A stretch of DNA of 52,887 bases from an uncultured Eubacteriales bacterium (lineage in GTDB: Bacteria; Bacillota; Clostridia; Christensenellales; RUG350), in NCBI GenBank assembly GCA_900315995.1, contig ONBF01000011.1, forward strand, positions 1 through 52,887, written 5' to 3'. The position numbers and the translations under genes were made by a program. How positions within the stretch are numbered: the stretch's first letter is position 1; each line of letters begins with the position of its first letter. Below the pieces are notes generated by a model. That model searched no databases, was not told the origin of the DNA, and saw only the letters and a program-made list of their open reading frames with translations. Positions 1 to 10,721 of this stretch are shown piece by piece.

Positions 1-188
1 GTGTTTTGGTTTTGGTGATGGTTTTGGTGATATAATTAATAATATAATGGGACAAATATAAGATACTCACCTATTAAAATTTGTATATCTCAGTGAAAGT
101 CTGATTTTTTCGATTTGTTAATGTAGCGTTGATTTTTATAAGTTGACTTGTTTTTTCGATTATTGTAAAGTAATAGTCGTGGTTAAAT

Positions 189-1016
189 ATGAAAGCGGTA
201 TGCGGTTTAATGACGAAAAATAAATTTTCAAAACGTTTGGGCGGGCGGCTTTTTGTCGAACGTTCGGGACGTATTGAATTTGACGTAAAAAATTTGAGTG
301 TTAATCTCGATTTTGCCGAATACGTTGTTTTATTCGTAACCGACGGCACGGGTATTCTTAAAGTTATCGGTAAGGACTTATATATAAACATCGGCGACAC
401 GGTAATAATTCCGCCGAATACGACTGTGCATATCGTGTCAGACGAGTACGCGTTTTTGAAAGCGAGTTTTATAACTTTCGGCGGTACCGACGTAAATCTT
501 TTATTGAAAAGCGTCGGCGCGTCGATTGAAGCTATAAGCGTAATTACGGGTGAATTGTCCGATGCGGTAACAGATTGTTTCAAAAACATATTTATGCTCG
601 AAGACGACTTATCGGGCGCGCTTGCCGCAAGCGGATACTTTGAAATTATATTTGCCGAACTTATTAAGACGTACGACGGTATAAAAAGTGAATTTATCGA
701 AAAACACGATAAGCGCATAGTCGAAGCCGTAAAATTTATCGACGAATACTATACGAAAGGCATAGGCGTTGCGGAAATTGCAGAACACGTCAAATTGGAG
801 CGCACATACTTTACGAAAATATTCAAACGTATACGCGGAATATCTCCGCAAAGTTATCTCGTTGAACTTCGTCTTGATAAGGCGGCGGAATTATTGTCAA
901 GCGGACAAAAAGCGGATAAGGTATACGAGAAAGTCGGATACTCGGATTATCAGGCGTTCGTCAGAGCGTTCAAGTTAAAATTCGGCGTAACTCCGCAAAA
1001 GTTTTTTAATGGATAA
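189..1016 (+). CDS. AraC-family transcriptional regulator (cupin-like N-terminus, C-terminal double HTH)
   Basis: C-terminal AraC signature (IAEHVKLERTYFTKIFK...LRLDKAAELL...VGYSDYQAFVRAFKLKFGVTP); start codon uncertain (189 or 210). Confidence 0.9.
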   Translation: MKAVCGLMTKNKFSKRLGGRLFVERSGRIEFDVKNLSVNLDFAEYVVLFVTDGTGILKVIGKDLYINIGDTVIIPPNTTVHIVSDEYAFLKASFITFGGTDVNLLLKSVGASIEAISVITGELSDAVTDCFKNIFMLEDDLSGALAASGYFEIIFAELIKTYDGIKSEFIEKHDKRIVEAVKFIDEYYTKGIGVAEIAEHVKLERTYFTKIFKRIRGISPQSYLVELRLDKAAELLSSGQKADKVYEKVGYSDYQAFVRAFKLKFGVTPQKFFNG

Positions 1017-1023
1017 AAAACGT

Positions 1024-1052
1024 TTGCAAATTATATATAATTGTTGTAGAAT
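1024..1052 (+). promoter_or_regulatory. sigma-A-type promoter of the tRNA gene
   Basis: TTGCAA (1024-1029), 17 bp, TAGAAT (1047-1052). Confidence 0.65.
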
Positions 1053-1077
1053 AACAACGTTGCAATACAAGGCGCGA

Positions 1078-1151
1078 TGGAGTATGGTGTAGTGGCAGCA
1101 CATAGGCCTCTGACTCCTATGGTGTAGGTTCGATTCCTACTACTCCTGCCA
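1078..1151 (+). tRNA. tRNA-Gln (anticodon CTG)
   Basis: Cloverleaf: acceptor TGGAGTA/TACTCCT, D arm GTGT-AGTGGCA-GCAC, anticodon loop CTCTGAC, T arm GTAGG-TTCGATT-CCTAC, discriminator G, encoded CCA. Confidence 0.95.
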
Positions 1152-1153
1152 AT

Positions 1154-1180
1154 AACCGCTCTTAACGGAGCGGTTTTATT
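1154..1180 (+). terminator. intrinsic terminator after tRNA
   Basis: AACCGCTC-ttaacg-GAGCGGTT followed by TTATT. Confidence 0.8.
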
Positions 1181-1252
1181 ATAGGATAATATTTAACTAA
1201 ATGAAATATTAATAAAATGAAATAAATAAAAAAATATCAAATATAGATAAAT

Positions 1253-1280
1253 AAAAAGGCGTAGCAAATCGGCTACGCCT
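1253..1280 (-). terminator. intrinsic terminator of the NifU-like/GGGtGRT operon
   Basis: AGGCGTAGC-aaatcg-GCTACGCCT with a T-run on the minus strand. Confidence 0.8.
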
Positions 1281-1299
1281 TAATTATTGAAAGAAATTG

Positions 1300-2307
1300 T
1301 TATTTGTTCATTGCTTCTTCTACCGCAACGGCAACCGCAACCGACGCGCCGACCATAGGATTGTTACCCATACCGATAAGCCCCATCATCTCAACGTGAG
1401 CGGGAACGGAAGAACTTCCCGCGAACTGTGCGTCAGAGTGCATTCTGCCCATCGTGTCCGTCATACCGTAACTTGCGGGACCCGCCGCCATATTATCGGG
1501 GTGAAGAGTACGTCCTGTGCCGCCGCCCGACGCAACCGAGAAGTATTTTTTGCCGTTTTCGACAGCCCATTTCTTATATGTGCCCGCAACGGGATGTTGG
1601 AAACGGGTGGGGTTGGTCGAATTTCCCGTAATAGAAACGTCGACTTTTTCGTGGCGCATTATTGCAACGCCCTCGTTTACGTCGTCCGCACCGTAACACT
1701 TTACCTTAGCGCGTTCACCGTCGCTGTAAGCTTTTTCTTTGATTATTTTAAGTTCGCCCGTATAGTAATCGTACTTCGTTTGAACGTAAGTGAAACCGTT
1801 GATACGGCTTATTATGTATGCGGCGTCTTTGCCGAGACCGTTTAAGATAACTCTCAACGGAGTTTTACGTACTTTATTTGCGGAGCGCGCGATACCGATT
1901 GCGCCTTCGGCAGCCGCAAATGACTCGTGCCCCGCAAGGAACGCGAAGCAGTCCGTTTCGTCTCTTAAAAGCATTGCTGCCAAATTTCCGTGTCCGAGAC
2001 CGACTTTACGTTGATCGGCAACGGAGCCCGGGATACAGAACGCTTGAAGACCGATACCGATTGCTTCCGCTGCGTCAGCGGCTTTTTTACAACCTTTCTT
2101 AATTGCGATGGCGCAGCCGACCGTATATGCCCAAACTGCGTTTTCAAAGGCAATAGGCTGGATAGAACGTACGAGTTCGTCTACGTTTATACCCTTGTCG
2201 GTGCAAATGGATTTTGCTTCCGCCAAATCTTTGATACCGTACTTTTTGAGTTCGGCATTTATTTTGTCAATTCTTCTTTCATAACCTTCGAATCTGATAG
2301 TTTCCAT
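1300..2307 (-). CDS. GGGtGRT family protein (function unknown)
   Basis: Family motif SGGGTGRTLHPDNMAAGPASYG; GGAGGG RBS before ATG at 2307. Confidence 0.9.
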   Translation of the reverse strand: METIRFEGYERRIDKINAELKKYGIKDLAEAKSICTDKGINVDELVRSIQPIAFENAVWAYTVGCAIAIKKGCKKAADAAEAIGIGLQAFCIPGSVADQRKVGLGHGNLAAMLLRDETDCFAFLAGHESFAAAEGAIGIARSANKVRKTPLRVILNGLGKDAAYIISRINGFTYVQTKYDYYTGELKIIKEKAYSDGERAKVKCYGADDVNEGVAIMRHEKVDVSITGNSTNPTRFQHPVAGTYKKWAVENGKKYFSVASGGGTGRTLHPDNMAAGPASYGMTDTMGRMHSDAQFAGSSSVPAHVEMMGLIGMGNNPMVGASVAVAVAVEEAMNK

Positions 2308-2318
2308 ATTGCCCTCCA

Positions 2319-3011
2319 TTATTCCTTACGCGGATCGATATACTTAGCGGCGGTTGCGAAACGACCGTAGGATCCGGTTGCCTTTTTGAGAGCGTCTGCG
2401 GGAGCTTCGCCCTTTTTGATCATATCCATCATTTTGCCCATATGTACGAATTCGTAGCCGATGACTTCGCCTTCTTCGTCAAGTCCCAAGCGGGTAACGT
2501 AACCTTCCGCCATTTCGAGATACCTTACGCCCTTAGCTTCGGTAGAGTACATAGTACCGACTTGGGAGCGGAGACCTTTACCGAGATCTTCAAGTCCCGC
2601 GCCGATGGGGAGACCGTTTTCGGAAAAAGCCGATTGTGTACGACCGTAAACTATCTGCAAGAACAACTCGCGCATAGCGGTGTTGATAGCGTCGCAGACA
2701 AGGTCGGTATTCAAAGCTTCGAGAATAGTTTTGCCCGTAAGAATTTCAGCAGCCATAGCAGCCGAGTGCGTCATACCCGAGCAACCGATTGTTTCGACGA
2801 GTGCTTCTCTTATGATACCGTCTTTGACGTTAAGAGTAAGTTTGCACGCGCCTTGTTGCGGTGCGCACCAACCGATACCGTGCGTAAGACCGCTGATGTC
2901 CTTAATCTCTTTTGCCTGTACCCATTTCGCTTCTTCGGGGATGGGAGCGGCACCGTGATTCGGACCTTTCTTTACGCAAGTCATTTGTTCAACTTCGTGT
3001 GAATATTGCAT
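2319..3011 (-). CDS. NifU/IscU-like Fe-S scaffold-domain protein, the usual GGGtGRT partner
   Basis: GWCAPQQGACKLTL...ETIGCSGMTHSAAMA...LVCDAIN Cys pattern; AGGAGG RBS before ATG at 3011. Confidence 0.85.
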   Translation of the reverse strand: MQYSHEVEQMTCVKKGPNHGAAPIPEEAKWVQAKEIKDISGLTHGIGWCAPQQGACKLTLNVKDGIIREALVETIGCSGMTHSAAMAAEILTGKTILEALNTDLVCDAINTAMRELFLQIVYGRTQSAFSENGLPIGAGLEDLGKGLRSQVGTMYSTEAKGVRYLEMAEGYVTRLGLDEEGEVIGYEFVHMGKMMDMIKKGEAPADALKKATGSYGRFATAAKYIDPRKE

Positions 3012-3045
3012 AAAAAATCCTCCTGATTGATTTTTGAATTTTAAT

Positions 3046-4017
3046 TTATGGTCTTGGCGTAGCATCTACGCCACGAAGAACGTATGTCATTGTGCTTTCG
3101 ATTATTTTAACGGGTGCTTTGCTTATCACTACTTCTTTGGTTTTTTGCGTCCCGTTGTCGTTGTACTCGAATTCATTTGTAATATCTTCGTTGGAATAGA
3201 ACACATGAATAGACTTTCCCGCTATATCTTGCGAAAGACTGATATTGCATCTTATCGCGTTTACCGCTTCGTTATTGAAGTAGGGGATGTCCGATAAACT
3301 TTGTTTTGGAGTAAAAGAACTGTACAGTGCGGTGGACGTACCGTCTTTTACGTTGAAAATGCTGTAAGAAAAAGACGAACTCATATTTGCAATAGGGAGC
3401 GAACGCAAGACGAATATAAGGCTGTCGTTATCGAAGAAGTATTTTGCGTCAGTCGTAATTTCGCCTGTTTTAACGTCTTTACCCTGTTCGAGATAAGCAT
3501 ATGTTGCTTTGGAAAAGTCATAATTATCATAAGAATAATCTATTGAATAAGCATAGTTTACGGCAGCCGTATAATTCTCATTGTTTGCGTGCATTGCGTT
3601 GTATTTATCGGCAATCAACGTTTTGAAAGTGTAGACGGGACGTAACAGTTTATCGACTATCGAAATATATTCGAGATTGTCACCGCCCAACTCGCCCGAT
3701 GGATTGAAGTCCGTTTTACCCGTAATTATCGAGTAGCCTTCTTTTACGGAAATGTTTTTTGTCGAAACGGCACCGTTGTCGATAGTTTTGACTTCAATAT
3801 CTTCGGCTTTGTAGATTTTACGTACGGTCGTTGTAAAACTGCCGTACAGCATATTGTCCATTAAAACGTCGTAAGTAAACGTTTCGTCCGTGTCGCCGAT
3901 GCCCCAGTTTGCCGAAATTTGTTTGCCGTAATCGGTAGCGGAACAGCCCGTTGCCGAAACGGAGAACGCAAACAAAAGCATAAACGCCGTCAAAGTCAAT
4001 AACAGTTTCTTAATCAT
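3046..4017 (-). CDS. hypothetical lipoprotein
   Basis: Signal peptide MIKKLLLTLTAFMLLFAFSVSATG-C with lipobox Cys; Tyr/Thr/Asn-rich body. Confidence 0.7.
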   Translation of the reverse strand: MIKKLLLTLTAFMLLFAFSVSATGCSATDYGKQISANWGIGDTDETFTYDVLMDNMLYGSFTTTVRKIYKAEDIEVKTIDNGAVSTKNISVKEGYSIITGKTDFNPSGELGGDNLEYISIVDKLLRPVYTFKTLIADKYNAMHANNENYTAAVNYAYSIDYSYDNYDFSKATYAYLEQGKDVKTGEITTDAKYFFDNDSLIFVLRSLPIANMSSSFSYSIFNVKDGTSTALYSSFTPKQSLSDIPYFNNEAVNAIRCNISLSQDIAGKSIHVFYSNEDITNEFEYNDNGTQKTKEVVISKAPVKIIESTMTYVLRGVDATPRP

Positions 4018-4144
4018 AATGTAATGATTATAACAAAATAATCTTTTAATTACAAATAAATTAAGCGAGATAAACGATATTAATCATAAAATCAAAATTA
4101 TGTATTAAAGAGCATTTTATTATCGGCGCAACGGTTTGTATTTG

Positions 4145-4173
4145 TTGAACAATTCGTTAAACTGTGATAAAAT
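4145..4173 (+). promoter_or_regulatory. sigma-A-type promoter of addBA
   Basis: TTGAAC, 17 bp, TAAAAT with TG extension. Confidence 0.55.
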
Positions 4174-4200
4174 GCAAATAACGTTATTTTTGGGGGAATT

Positions 4201-7200
4201 ATGCTTTATCAATATTCTTCGGACGCGTTATCCGACGTTTTTACACAGGTGATTACGCGTATTTCCGAATCGGACGCAAAAAGGCATATAGTAATCGTTC
4301 CCGATAAGTTTACTTTGAGTACGGAACGATCCGTTCTCGATACCCTCAGGATAAAAGGTACTTTCAATACGGAAGTAATGAGTTTCGAGCGACTTGCCGA
4401 CGTTTATGCGGACAGAGTACGCTGTTTGACGCCCGAAAGTTCGCTTATGCTTATGCGGAAAGTCATAGACGACGTCAAAGATAAGTTTGTCTGCTACACT
4501 GCGCGCTCATATAATTCAATCGGTTTTGCGCACGATATGTACGCCGTGGTCACGGCGATAAGGACAAGCGACGTATCCGTCGCGGAATTTATGCGAGCAA
4601 GCGGAGAGCTTAACGGGTTTATGCGCAAGAAAGCGCACGACGTGGCGATTGTATACGACGGATATATGCGCGCGTTGTCCGATTATTCGGACGTCACTAC
4701 GCGTATGGAAGAGCTGACGCGTATTATACCCGAAATCGAAGGGATAGCCGAGACGGAATTTTATATACTCGAATATTTTTCATTTAACGCAAAGCAACTT
4801 AATATCATTGCGCAACTTATAAAAAACGCTTATAGGGTAAACGTCGGACTTATAACGAGCAGGAGTAAACCGAATTCACGAATTTATCCGAATCGTACCG
4901 CCGAAACCTTAAAGGCGATTGCCGGAACCGCAAATTCACGCTACGAAACGTCATACGCGGTGTCAAATACTCCCGAGCCGTTCAATACTCTCAAAACGCA
5001 ACTTTTTTCGTATGCGTATCCGAGAAGACAAGACGCGGCGAATAAAGTGAAAGTCTATGAGGCAAAGGACTTTAACGACGAAATACGCGCCGTTTGCCGT
5101 AATATAAGGCGGCTTGTAAACGGTGGCGCGAGATATAAGGACGTTGCGGTAGTTTGCGGCGATATCGAAGCGTATACGCCTGCGATAGCAAGACTGTTCA
5201 AAATGTACGGCGTGCCGTATTTTATAGATAAAAAGGCACGCCTTACAAGTACTTGTATCGTAAGGTATATCTTGTCCGTTTTGAGATGTACGGCTTACGG
5301 TTTTACAAGAGACGATGCAGTCGCTTATTTCAAAAATCCGCTGTCCGATACGGATACGGATTTTGCAGAGCAAATCGAGTGCGCGCTTGAAAATCGCGGG
5401 GTTAAGTATATATCCGAGCGTATCAAGACGGGTAAAGAAGAAATAGACGCTGCGATTGCGAAACTTATCGAAAAACTCAAAAGAATAACGCAAGTAAACG
5501 GAAAGACGGATACATACGGAGATTTCGCCGACGTTCTTCTTAAATTTATCGAAGACGAAAGTCTTATCGAAAGGAACGTGAAATTATTCGACCGTGACGT
5601 TGACCCGATTCACAGAACGATTAACGCGCAAGCGGGAGAAAAACTCGTATCGATACTCGAAACGATAAAAGAATTTTCGGGGACGCTTACCTTTAACGCG
5701 GAAGATTTTCTCATTACGCTTAACTCGGTTTTCGACGCGTCCGAAATATCCGTACTTCCGCAATACTCAGACAGCGTGTATATCGGCGAGTGTAAAGACA
5801 GCAGATATATTAACGTCAAAGCAATGTTTATAATCGGCGCGGTAGACGGTAATATTCCCGCGGAGTCCAAAGACGTCGGAATAATTTCGGATAAAGAATT
5901 GACGGAATACAAGGCGCACGATATTGTTATAGAGCCTTGTGCGAAAAGTCGCAATATGGAAGAACGGCTCTTTGTACAGCAACTCGTTTTGAAGCCGAAA
6001 GATCTTCTTTTCGTAAGTTATCCCGTAACGGACAATCAAGGGAAGAATACTTTTCCGTCCGTGCTTATAAGGGAGATAACCAAACTTCTTTATAACGACG
6101 GAGAAGGTAATGAATTCAGAATAACGACTTCGGAAAACGAAAATATTTACGAAAACGATACGGTGCGAAAACTCGTTGAACGAATATCGACCGTTGACGG
6201 CGGATTTTATGAATACGCGGACTTTTTGGGAGACGCGAGCGCGGACGCGCAGGGAAAATACTGCGAGTATGCGACGTTGCGCGCGATACTATATAACAGT
6301 GATGCCGCGCGGCTTGAACGAATAGAAACCGAAATTGCCGATAAAGAAAGTATAGAGCGAGAACTTTATTCGGGCGAAACCGTTTCGGCAAGCAGATTGC
6401 AAACTTATTTCAGATGTCCGTACAAACATTTTCTTCAATACAATTTGAACGCAAAGCGGACGGATAAAGGCGAAATGGACATACTCGGAACGGGCGCGTT
6501 TTTGCACTCCGTCGCGGAACTTTTCGTCAAAAAGAGAGCGACCGTAAAAGACGGAGATGAATTGACAAAGCGTATCTTTGACAAAGTATATGACGAACAA
6601 TTCAAGGACGTTGAAATCGACGGACATACGGGCGTTTTAATCAATAGGCTTAAAAAAGAAGCGTTACGGTTTACGCGATTGATAGATAAACAAATGAAAG
6701 CGTCCGAATTTGTGAACAAGAAGACGGAGTATGAGTTTATCACCGTGAAAGACGGTAAGTTTATTTACAAGGATATACCTGTTTCGTTTAAGGGTAAAAT
6801 CGACCGTTTGGATATATGCGGAGATAAGTTTATCGTACTCGATTACAAGTCGGGGAGCGTGCACGATAAACTTTACGAACTTTATTACGGTTTAAGGTCA
6901 AAGACGAATATTCCAAAAACGAAGACGATAAAATTTTGTACGGGCAGATTCTGAACGACGCGGATACCGTATCGAAACTCGACAAAACAGTTAACGAAGA
7001 TAAGCCGTCCGAGATTACGGGACTTTATATCAAAGACGGAAACTACGCTCCCGCAAAAGATTTGATAAGCGAAGACGATTTCGCGAATTACGGGGAATAC
7101 GTTATAGCATTGACGGATAAAGCACTTAAAGAAATGAAAGACGGTTACGCCGCGCGGAAAACGTATTGCGAGTCGAATTATTCGATTTGCGATAATTGCG

Positions 7201-7319
7201 ATTATAAAGAACTGTGCGGCGGTCACGACGTTAAGGTAAGAATACGCAAACAATCGGCAACGCTTATTAACGATAATTTCGTCGGCTGTAATGTGAACAA
7301 GGAGAATAACGATGGCTGA
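4201..7319 (+). pseudogene. addB: ATP-dependent helicase/nuclease subunit B, frameshifted near 6896 (real lesion or assembly error)
   Basis: AddB motifs IVPDKFT, SASRLQTYFRCPYKHF, GKIDRLD...DYKSG in 4201-6954; the C-terminal Fe-S cysteines (CDNCDYKELC) continue in the -1 frame up to 7319; adjacent to addA. Confidence 0.8.
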
Positions 7320-10300
7320 AAGAGAGTGGACGAGCGAACAGTTAAGCGTAATAACATCTCGCGGAAAACTTCTCGTCAACGCGTCGGCGGGAAGCGGTAA
7401 AACGGCGGTTATGGTCGAGCGCGTCGTGAAGACCGTTCTTGACGGCACGGATATAGAGCGTATACTCGTAGTGACGTTTACGGTAGCAGCCGCCCGTGAA
7501 ATGAAAGACAGGATAGCGACAGCGTTATCCGACGCTTGCGCAAACGGCGCGGACGAACGACTTAAAGAACAAATAGACAAGTTACCTCTTGCGGCAATCG
7601 GTACGATAGATTCGTTTTGTTCTCAGGTTGCGAAAAGATATTCGGAGTATGCGGGGGTAGACCCGTCGTTTTCGATAATCGGCGAAGACGAGAAAGACGT
7701 TCTTATTAAAGAGAGTTTCGACGAACTGTTCGATGCGTATTCAAAGCGAACGGACGAAGATTATTACAGAATACTCGACCGATATTCGATTAAGCGAAGC
7801 CAAAAACCGCTTAAAGAGATAATAAGCGGATTTTATGATTTTTTGTGCGTGCTTCCCGACCGTGACGAGTGGATACGAAATAATTCAAAGTATTTGTACG
7901 AGCATACGGACGAAATAAAAGCGCAGGTTTTCGGCGAACTCAAAACGAAGTGCGCCGAACTTCTTTCCGTATGCGTTGAGAATCATTATCTCGAAATAAG
8001 CAGGCAAAAAGCGGTTGCGGAAATAATCGACGCTTTGACGGCTTGCGTTAATGCGAATAGTTTTGAAGAATTGTCGCACATAACAAGCGTTTTGAGATTT
8101 TCACGCCTTAATTTCTCAAAAGATACCGACGCGTTTATGAAAGACGAAATAAAGAATTTCAAAGAACACGTCGGCGATATTCTCATTAAAGATTCCGACT
8201 CTGTATTAAACCGCAGTAACCTTGCTCTTGCAATGACGAAAGAGCGAGCGGAAGACGGAAAAAGAGATATAGACGTTTTAATGAAAATAACTCTCGAATA
8301 TGCCGAAATATTCGAAAATAAAAAACTCAAAAACAATCTTCTCGAATTTTCGGACGTAGCGCGCGCCGCATATCGTGCGCTCGAAAACAAGGAAGTTGCG
8401 TCCGAACTTTCTTCGGAATACGATTACGTATTCGTGGACGAGTATCAGGACGTCAATAAACTTCAAGAGAGCATATTCAAACTGCTTGAACGAAACGGCA
8501 ATCTTTTTATGGTCGGAGATCCCAAGCAAAGTATATACGGATTCAGACACGCCGATCCGACGATATTCACCGATACGATAAAAGACAAGTCGGTCAACAA
8601 TAAGAATATGACCGCGAATTTCAGAACGGACGCAAAAATTCTCGATTTTGTCAACAAACTGTTCGGAAATATTATGACGGAAAAAAGTGCGGGGATAGAT
8701 TATTCGCGCGGTTCGATGATGACGGGACTGGAATATCCGATTGTCAACGACGTTGCACCTGTAACCGTTGTCGACGTACTCGTCGATAAAAGCGTCAAAG
8801 AAGAGAAAATGCTCGGCGTATACAGCGTCAAAGAAGATAAACGTACGGCAAACGAACGGGAACAGGCGTCGGGAATATATGTGGCGCATAAGATAGCGGA
8901 ACTTATAGGCAAACCCGTTTGCACAGGTTTCGACGTCGACAAAAAACCGATTGTAAAACCTATCGGATACGGGGATATTGCCGTACTTGCAAGAAAAGGC
9001 AAACTCGTGTTCGATATACATAAAGTACTGCACTCATACGGTATTCCCACGCACGTAGAGTATAAAGAAGAGGCGTGTATTGCGGAAAACGAACTTAACG
9101 CTATGTTGACAGTCGTTGATAATTCGCGTCGCGATATACCGCTTATACTTGCAATGAAATCTTTCTTTGATTTTACAGATGAAGAACTGTTTGACATCGG
9201 AAACGGAAAGACGTGCGAAAACTTTTTTGAGTGCGTATTAAACGATAAAGAAGTCGTATCCGAAAAGCACGGGAATTTTTTGCGTGCTCTCGGCGAGTAT
9301 AAAAAACTTTCAAAGTATTGCGACGTACACGAACTTGCTTTATATATTATCAACGACAGAGATTTTTTCAATAAAGTTAACGCAAGAGACAGAGAAGAGG
9401 GTATACGGTTCGAGCGGTACGTTGACAAACTGTCGCAAATGAAATCGGCGGAGTCACTGTCATCTTACGTTAAGAAACTTGATAACGTCTTTAAGGACGA
9501 ATCGGACGTAGAGTACGGGAACAAAGAAAAGTCCGTATCGGTTATGACGATACACAAGAGCAAGGGACTTGAATTTCCGATAGTCTTTTTGGTCGGAGCA
9601 AATGAGAAATTTTTGTTCGAAGACGAAAAGAAAGAGACGTTGTTCGATAAACACGCAGGTATTGCGCTCAACAGTTTCGACGACGCCGAACGGATTAAAG
9701 AGACTAATTTTATTCGCAAGTATTATCTCGATAAATCGAAAGACAACGAAAGACGAGAAGAAATGCGCTTATTGTATGTTGCGTTGACGCGTGCGAAATC
9801 ACACTTGTTTACAGTCGCTCAAAAAGACGTTAAGGACGAGAAACCGACTGATGCGTATAAAGCCGATTCTTATATGGGTTATATAGCCGGCGGCGGAGAT
9901 TCCGAAAAAATTTATTACGGCGCGAAATACGAAAAGTTTGATGTCAACTCCGATTCAAACGGCGGTATTGCGAGTAAGCCCGATAAACGCGTCGGACTTT
10001 TTTCGGGGGACAAAGAATCCGTTAAGCGTGCCGCAAGTCTTATAAGCAAAGAATACGTGCACGATGCCGCTACAAGGACAAAATTCAAATATACAGTGTC
10101 GGAAATAAACGAGCTGTTGCACCCGATTGATAGTGCGAACCGTTCTGACAAAGCGGAAGACGACGAATTGGGTTCGCTTTATCATAAAGTGTTTCAGTAT
10201 ATTGATTTTTCGGCGACAACAAGAGAGAAAGTCGAAGCGGAGATTACGCGACTTATCGACGAGAAAGTAATGGATAAAGAACGTGCGGTCTTACTTGACG

Positions 10301-10650
10301 TCGATAAGATAAGTAAAGTGTTAAACACCGATTTGATACGCTATGCGTCGTGTAAACCTATATTGCGCGAGCAAAAATTAATGTTGTCCGTTCCCGCGAA
10401 AGAATTGGGAGTTGGAGATACGGAAGACGAAGTATTGGTGCAGGGTACGATTGATCTTTTGATAACGGGAGAAAAAACCGTGCTGGTCGATTACAAATTG
10501 TCGTCTCGTTCAGCCGACGCATTAAAAGCTACATACGGAACGCAAATGAAAATTTATAAGCGAGCTGCGGAAACCGTTCTCAAAAAGCCCGTTGACGAAG
10601 TTTTTATTATGTCGATTAACAATACTGAGGCAATAAAAATCGTGTTTTAG
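7312..10650 (+). CDS. addA: ATP-dependent helicase/nuclease subunit A (UvrD-like helicase + PD-(D/E)xK nuclease)
   Basis: ASAGSGKT, DEYQD, GDPKQSIYGFR, TIHKSKGLEF, RLLYVALTRA, QGTIDL..DYK..Q..IY. Confidence 0.93.
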   Translation: MAEREWTSEQLSVITSRGKLLVNASAGSGKTAVMVERVVKTVLDGTDIERILVVTFTVAAAREMKDRIATALSDACANGADERLKEQIDKLPLAAIGTIDSFCSQVAKRYSEYAGVDPSFSIIGEDEKDVLIKESFDELFDAYSKRTDEDYYRILDRYSIKRSQKPLKEIISGFYDFLCVLPDRDEWIRNNSKYLYEHTDEIKAQVFGELKTKCAELLSVCVENHYLEISRQKAVAEIIDALTACVNANSFEELSHITSVLRFSRLNFSKDTDAFMKDEIKNFKEHVGDILIKDSDSVLNRSNLALAMTKERAEDGKRDIDVLMKITLEYAEIFENKKLKNNLLEFSDVARAAYRALENKEVASELSSEYDYVFVDEYQDVNKLQESIFKLLERNGNLFMVGDPKQSIYGFRHADPTIFTDTIKDKSVNNKNMTANFRTDAKILDFVNKLFGNIMTEKSAGIDYSRGSMMTGLEYPIVNDVAPVTVVDVLVDKSVKEEKMLGVYSVKEDKRTANEREQASGIYVAHKIAELIGKPVCTGFDVDKKPIVKPIGYGDIAVLARKGKLVFDIHKVLHSYGIPTHVEYKEEACIAENELNAMLTVVDNSRRDIPLILAMKSFFDFTDEELFDIGNGKTCENFFECVLNDKEVVSEKHGNFLRALGEYKKLSKYCDVHELALYIINDRDFFNKVNARDREEGIRFERYVDKLSQMKSAESLSSYVKKLDNVFKDESDVEYGNKEKSVSVMTIHKSKGLEFPIVFLVGANEKFLFEDEKKETLFDKHAGIALNSFDDAERIKETNFIRKYYLDKSKDNERREEMRLLYVALTRAKSHLFTVAQKDVKDEKPTDAYKADSYMGYIAGGGDSEKIYYGAKYEKFDVNSDSNGGIASKPDKRVGLFSGDKESVKRAASLISKEYVHDAATRTKFKYTVSEINELLHPIDSANRSDKAEDDELGSLYHKVFQYIDFSATTREKVEAEITRLIDEKVMDKERAVLLDVDKISKVLNTDLIRYASCKPILREQKLMLSVPAKELGVGDTEDEVLVQGTIDLLITGEKTVLVDYKLSSRSADALKATYGTQMKIYKRAAETVLKKPVDEVFIMSINNTEAIKIVF

Positions 10651-10692
10651 TGCTTTTACTGAATTGTGTTTTGTAAAAACATATAAACATCA

Positions 10693-10721
10693 TTGCTTTT
10701 TGATTTAATTTTTGATATAAT
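10693..10721 (+). promoter_or_regulatory. sigma-A-type promoter about 370 bp upstream of glmS
   Basis: TTGCTT, 17 bp, TATAAT with TGn extension. Confidence 0.6.

Noticed and set aside
1078-1200. tRNA-integrated genomic island
   Set aside because: No integrase nearby and no duplicated tRNA 3' end noticed; core-like genes follow.
6885-6900. Programmed -1 ribosomal frameshift in addB
   Set aside because: No canonical X XXY YYZ heptamer, and frameshifting would not restore the missing QLxxY segment.
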